A DNA stretch of 64,000 bases. Origin: Deltaproteobacteria bacterium. Lineage in GTDB: Bacteria; Desulfobacterota; Desulfomonilia; UBA1062. The stretch is taken from NCBI GenBank assembly GCA_015486075.1, contig WFSG01000032.1, forward strand, positions 13,794 through 77,793, written 5' to 3'. Both the position numbers and the translations under genes were made by a program. Every line of letters starts with the position of its first letter. The stretch's first letter is position 1. Shown here piece by piece: positions 60,509 through 64,000 of the stretch. The notes under the pieces were generated by a model. The model made no database searches. It saw only the letters and a program-made list of their open reading frames with translations, and was not told the DNA's origin.

Positions 60509-60674
60509 TCAATTATTAATGCAGTATGTTTATTGGCATAACAGCTAGTAGAAGACAGGCGTTGCATTTTATGACCTGCAAATGTTTGTTGTACGTCTTG
60601 TTTGTGAAAGAGGTCTTTTTGTAAAGACGCTCTGCCATAGGTTATTAAACAAAAGGAAAGGGGGTATTTGGGTA

Positions 60675-60887
60675 ATGGCAGAACGCGAGACAGGCGTGGT
60701 CAAGTGGTTCAACAGTACAAAGGGTTATGGGTTTATAACTAGGGATCAGGGCGGTGATGTATTTGTCCACTATACTGGCATAAGAGGAACTGGTTACCGT
60801 AGCCTGGACGAGGGAGACCGTGTGGAATTCAGCGTGGTCGATGGCACAAAAGGCCCACAGGCGCAAGATGTAGTAACCTTGGAATAA
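60675..60887 (+). CDS. cspA: Cold-shock protein (CspA family).
   Basis: [18 protein letters not shown]1 motif and VFVHY RNP2 motif. Start at the internal ATG preceded by AAAGGAAAGGGGG. Confidence 0.85.
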   Translation: MAERETGVVKWFNSTKGYGFITRDQGGDVFVHYTGIRGTGYRSLDEGDRVEFSVVDGTKGPQAQDVVTLE

Positions 60888-61065
60888 AGAAGTAAGCTAT
60901 ATAATCTGTGCTTTAGATCTATAGCTTTTTGGGGTAGCCTTTTTGTTATAAGTTATAAGGCCTTAAAGTAATATGGTATGGATACCTAATTTGTTGTAAG
61001 AATTAAAAGCTCTAGGATTGTATGTACTAACTGGTAAGGCGGAAATATACTATATTCTGTACTTA

Positions 61066-62181
61066 TTAGCTATGATAGTCGTAGTATAATATTAATCTCA
61101 CGTCATTTACATAAATAGTACTATCTCCTGAATTCGAGACTTGAAAGTCATAGCCATCAGAAGGTTGCAGAGATTTCATAACATCTGTCACATCTATGAT
61201 GGTTGAGCTTGTCTTATCCAGCTTCTTACCTTCTATGTAATAACAATAGTCATCGCTGGAGCTTTTATTGACCAATGTCAACACAGCCTTGGCTATGTTA
61301 CTGGGATCTATCTCTTGGTCTAGGCTAAGCCGGATAGTTTTTTTATGGTCAGGCTCGTTAGGCTTACAGGAAATATTTGCGACCCCTGATGTAAGTATGT
61401 CATAACCAGGTACTGCGATTGCTATGCTGGAAAGGGGGCTTTTACCATAGGCATTCTCGGCCTGGACCACACAGAAATAAATGGTACCATTCTGTAGGCC
61501 ATCCATGCCAAAGGCGGTATCACTCGTAGAAAAATTCCCATCATTAGATAAAGGACTTACTTCTGGAGATGTGGTTGACCAGTATATGGTATACTTACTT
61601 GCCCCTGTTGTCGGTTCCCATTTTAGCGCTATCTCCCCATCAGTTGATGTTGCATATTTTATTTCAGGTACAAAGGGGGTGGTCTCTATGGTACCGATAT
61701 TGGTTGTCCCGTCCTTTAGTATGGTCACTCCTGTTTTTTCACCCCAGTAAAGGATCTCTCCATTGGAATCTGTTACGAGGACGACAATCCTTCTCTCAGG
61801 TCCTGGAGGTATGTCTTCTACAGTGCCGCTTGTTACCCCTTTGGGCCATGTTTCAGATACAAGTAGGGTGTTACCGAAGTAGACCATTACCTTTACCTGT
61901 TGATCTGTTGTCTCAGGCAGGGCTATTGCATTAAGTGCACTAGGTGTTGCCATTGCAGCAGATGGCTTTGCCCAGTTGTTATTATCAAGGTTCAATGCAA
62001 GGGCTCCCTTTTCAGAAGATGAATATGATGATACGCCAGAATAAGATGACGATGAGTGGTCAAATGTGCTGCCACAGCCAGACAGGAAGAAAATTAGCAA
62101 TCCGAACACGATCATGCAGGATAAGAGCCTTGAAGACCTTCTGTGAATACGAATAGATATTTCTCCAAGCCTATAAGCCAT
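61066..62181 (-). CDS. Lipoprotein with a fibronectin type III-like domain. Function unknown.
   Basis: Lipobox LSGC. Ser-rich linker. FN3-like segment (EIALKWEPTTGASKYTIYWS...YFCVVQAENAYGKS). Confidence 0.55.
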   Translation of the reverse strand: MAYRLGEISIRIHRRSSRLLSCMIVFGLLIFFLSGCGSTFDHSSSSYSGVSSYSSSEKGALALNLDNNNWAKPSAAMATPSALNAIALPETTDQQVKVMVYFGNTLLVSETWPKGVTSGTVEDIPPGPERRIVVLVTDSNGEILYWGEKTGVTILKDGTTNIGTIETTPFVPEIKYATSTDGEIALKWEPTTGASKYTIYWSTTSPEVSPLSNDGNFSTSDTAFGMDGLQNGTIYFCVVQAENAYGKSPLSSIAIAVPGYDILTSGVANISCKPNEPDHKKTIRLSLDQEIDPSNIAKAVLTLVNKSSSDDYCYYIEGKKLDKTSSTIIDVTDVMKSLQPSDGYDFQVSNSGDSTIYVNDVRLILYYDYHS

Positions 62182-62782
62182 AGCTGCCCTCCCTACCCCT
62201 CATTTGATTACATATGTCATTTTCGACTCTGGAAAGCAAACAAAAACACAACAAATCCATTACCAATGTAGCACCTTCTCTGTCTGTATAACTACCTGAT
62301 AACAGGTGCTAGTTTGTAATAGTAATACTTTATGATTTCTAAGTCAACCATACAATTATATCTACCATCCTAGTAGCCTTACTGCAAAAATCGTGCTGCC
62401 ATACCAAGCAATTGCTTTGCAATGATTACCAATGGTTACATGTTTGGATAGGCATTGTAGCTTATTTGTGTGTAAATTTATTCCAAGATGATGAAAATTT
62501 TTTCCGTATTGCGTCCTTTTTGCTTTGAGCTGTAGAGTGCTTTGTATAAACTCTTCAGTGCTTTCACCATTCCTGTATACGGCTGCACCAAAGGAAAGGG
62601 TCACTTTGCCTATAAGTTTTCCGTGTCTTTTCTCTTTATCCTTGTAGTTTAGGAGTAGGCTAAAACAGGGCTAAAACATATGCCCATTTAAGGGTATTTT
62701 TATACACTTTTGTCCACTTCCCTGGTATCTATTGTTACCCATGAGGTCCGCATTATATCGGGGAAAAGCGAGGAATAATGGG

Positions 62783-62860
<78 letters not shown>

Positions 62861-62871
62861 GCAAAACACAG

Positions 62872-62944
62872 TGAGCCAGGAGGGGATCGAACCCTCGGCC
62901 ACCGGATTAAAAGTCCGGTGCTCTACCGACTGAGCTACTGGCTC
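62872..62944 (-). tRNA. tRNA-Lys (anticodon TTT).
   Basis: The reverse complement reads GAGCCAGTAGCTCAGTCGGTAGAGCACCGGACTTTTAATCCGG...GGTTCGATCCCCTCCTGGCTCA. Confidence 0.85.
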
Positions 62945-63101
62945 GAAGCGAGTTTTCTATCTCACGCCTGGACAAAAATATCAAGACTAAATCCGCTTGC
63001 TTTCTGGAATAACCTAACGTGGAAATATATTCTGATGTCATCTCACATACTCGTGGTACAAAGCATTTCTAAAATAGTCCTTGCTATGATATATATAAGC
63101 T

Positions 63102-63323
63102 ATGGCATGGTTAATTCTTCTGGTTCCCCTGTGCATATGGCTTGGAGTTAGCATAATATCACACATGAGCCTTGTTACGCTTTTATGCATTATAATAGTG
63201 ATAGGTATATTCGCCCTTGTGGAATTTGGAAAGCTGAGGGGGGAACATGGAAGGCCAAAGAACATATTATGGTCTATGCTGATTATACTTGCTACCTTGA
63301 TAATTGATGCATTTATCCGCTAA
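63102..63323 (+). CDS. Small hypothetical 2-TM protein (73 aa).
   Basis: Two hydrophobic helices. Coding status uncertain. Confidence 0.25.
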   Translation: MAWLILLVPLCIWLGVSIISHMSLVTLLCIIIVIGIFALVEFGKLRGEHGRPKNILWSMLIILATLIIDAFIR

Positions 63324-63392
63324 GTCCTAATCTGATATTGCATATCAGGCCTATTCCCAGCCCTGATTTTATATGGGGTTCTCATTTTCTGG

Positions 63393-63686
63393 TTATTTGC
63401 TCTCTGGTAAGTCTTCCTGATAAAAGAAATCATAGACCTTGGCGACACGTATACCCTGTATAGAGAAGTAGAACTCGTCGCCTTTCTCTATGCCTGTTAC
63501 CTCTGCAACACCTGATTCCTGTGCCTGGAAGATCTTTGTGCTGCCGAAATCGAAGATAGGTAATGTAGCACTGGTATAGGTCCATATAGTACCATCACCA
63601 CCAATGGTCGATATGATGTATTCACCTTGCTCCATCCACTTTTTTAACCCTTGGAAGTCTATGTCTGATATATTATTTTCAATCAT
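63393..63686 (-). CDS. Hypothetical protein (97 aa), downstream of the leuA-like gene.
   Basis: ORF same-strand, 56 bp after the leuA/cimA-like stop. No family recognised. Confidence 0.4.
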   Translation of the reverse strand: MIENNISDIDFQGLKKWMEQGEYIISTIGGDGTIWTYTSATLPIFDFGSTKIFQAQESGVAEVTGIEKGDEFYFSIQGIRVAKVYDFFYQEDLPESK

Positions 63687-63742
63687 TTGTTTACCTTCTT
63701 CAGATCAGGTGTCTATTCTATAAAGATATATCGGTTGATTGA

Positions 63743-64000
63743 ATCCCCTGCTTTATACTTGTAGGGGTTTCTTTTTCCTTGTGACCCTGTCCTTGTAAAG
63801 CTTGTAATCAAGACTATCAACAAGCGCCATCCATGATGCCTCGATGATGTTAGATGATACCCCGACGGTATTCCAATTATCTGTTTTGTCACCGGACTCT
63901 ATGAGTACCCTTACAACAGATTCCGTACCCTTGGTCGAAGATATTACCCTTACCTTGTAGTCTAGTAGCCTTACCTCGTTTATGGATGGGTAAAATTTCT
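63743..64000 (-). CDS. 3' end (partial) of a 2-isopropylmalate/citramalate synthase-like gene (LeuA_dimer regulatory domain).
   Basis: Translation ...VRVISSTKGTESVVRVLIESGDKTDNWNTVGVSSNIIEASWMALVDSLDYKL matches the C-terminal regulatory domain of LeuA/CimA. The gene continues beyond the window. Confidence 0.5.

Noticed and set aside
62636-62660. Tandem GGCTAAAACA x2.
   Set aside because: Only two 10-nt units. Too short to call a repeat element or CRISPR-like structure.
62918-63151. 77-aa plus-strand ORF.
   Set aside because: Overlaps tRNA-Lys on the opposite strand, and its translation has no coding signature.

Overview
This 64-kb window reads as largely core chromosome from an anaerobic, sigma-54-rich bacterium. 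The gene content (sigma-54 response regulators, an anaerobic sulfatase-maturating enzyme, an ETF-linked membrane FeS oxidoreductase, flagellar genes) is consistent with a Deltaproteobacteria/Desulfobacterota- or Nitrospirota-like organism of mid GC.

Main content, in order:
- Two convergent signalling modules, each a histidine kinase, an exported protein of unknown family and a sigma-54 enhancer-binding response regulator (39-7182).
- gap, a GAF-domain protein and tRNA-Leu(CAA), followed by a secreted Ntn-hydrolase, a decayed acyl-CoA ligase fragment, a YheT-type hydrolase and a 2-hydroxyacid dehydrogenase.
- A TetR regulator with an orphan TolC-like outer-membrane protein.
- A radical-SAM sulfatase maturase (anSME) convergent with a Tat-exported Cys-type sulfatase and a 6-TM protein.
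- A CBS-domain protein, yggT/yggU, smc, a MinD/ParA-like ATPase, ogt, DUF364 and moaA.
- A small flagellar cluster, flgL-fliW-PilZ, with a sigma-28-like promoter and no csrA.
- An MtaD-like amidohydrolase, ybaB-recR, a transglutaminase-like protein and a PlsC-family acyltransferase carrying an N-terminal zinc ribbon.
- A tight operon rnj-uppP-ftsK-lolA, then cobB and aroE.
- acs followed by a complete fatty-acid beta-oxidation module: TetR, a fused 3-hydroxyacyl-CoA dehydrogenase/enoyl-CoA hydratase, an acyl-CoA dehydrogenase, etfB, etfA and a membrane haem-b/FeS/CCG oxidoreductase that looks like an ETF:menaquinone oxidoreductase.
- A cupin protein, an SDR and a PhaR-like regulator, a PBP-like transpeptidase, tRNA-Pro, an AhpD-like protein, slyD, csp and an FN3 lipoprotein.
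- tRNA-Lys and tRNA-Glu, then the 3' end of a leuA/cimA-like gene.

I found no CRISPR array, transposase, integrase or obvious defence system.

The most interesting signals are:
- the duplicated kinase / exported protein / sigma-54 regulator architecture;
- PilZ sitting in the fliW-downstream position normally held by csrA, together with a near-leaderless sigma-28 promoter;
- the ETF-linked membrane oxidoreductase cluster;
- recurring G-homopolymer + CTATA and AGGAGGTTGGATGTGA contexts at translation starts;
- several exported proteins of unknown family.

Nothing here unambiguously defines a new system from sequence alone.
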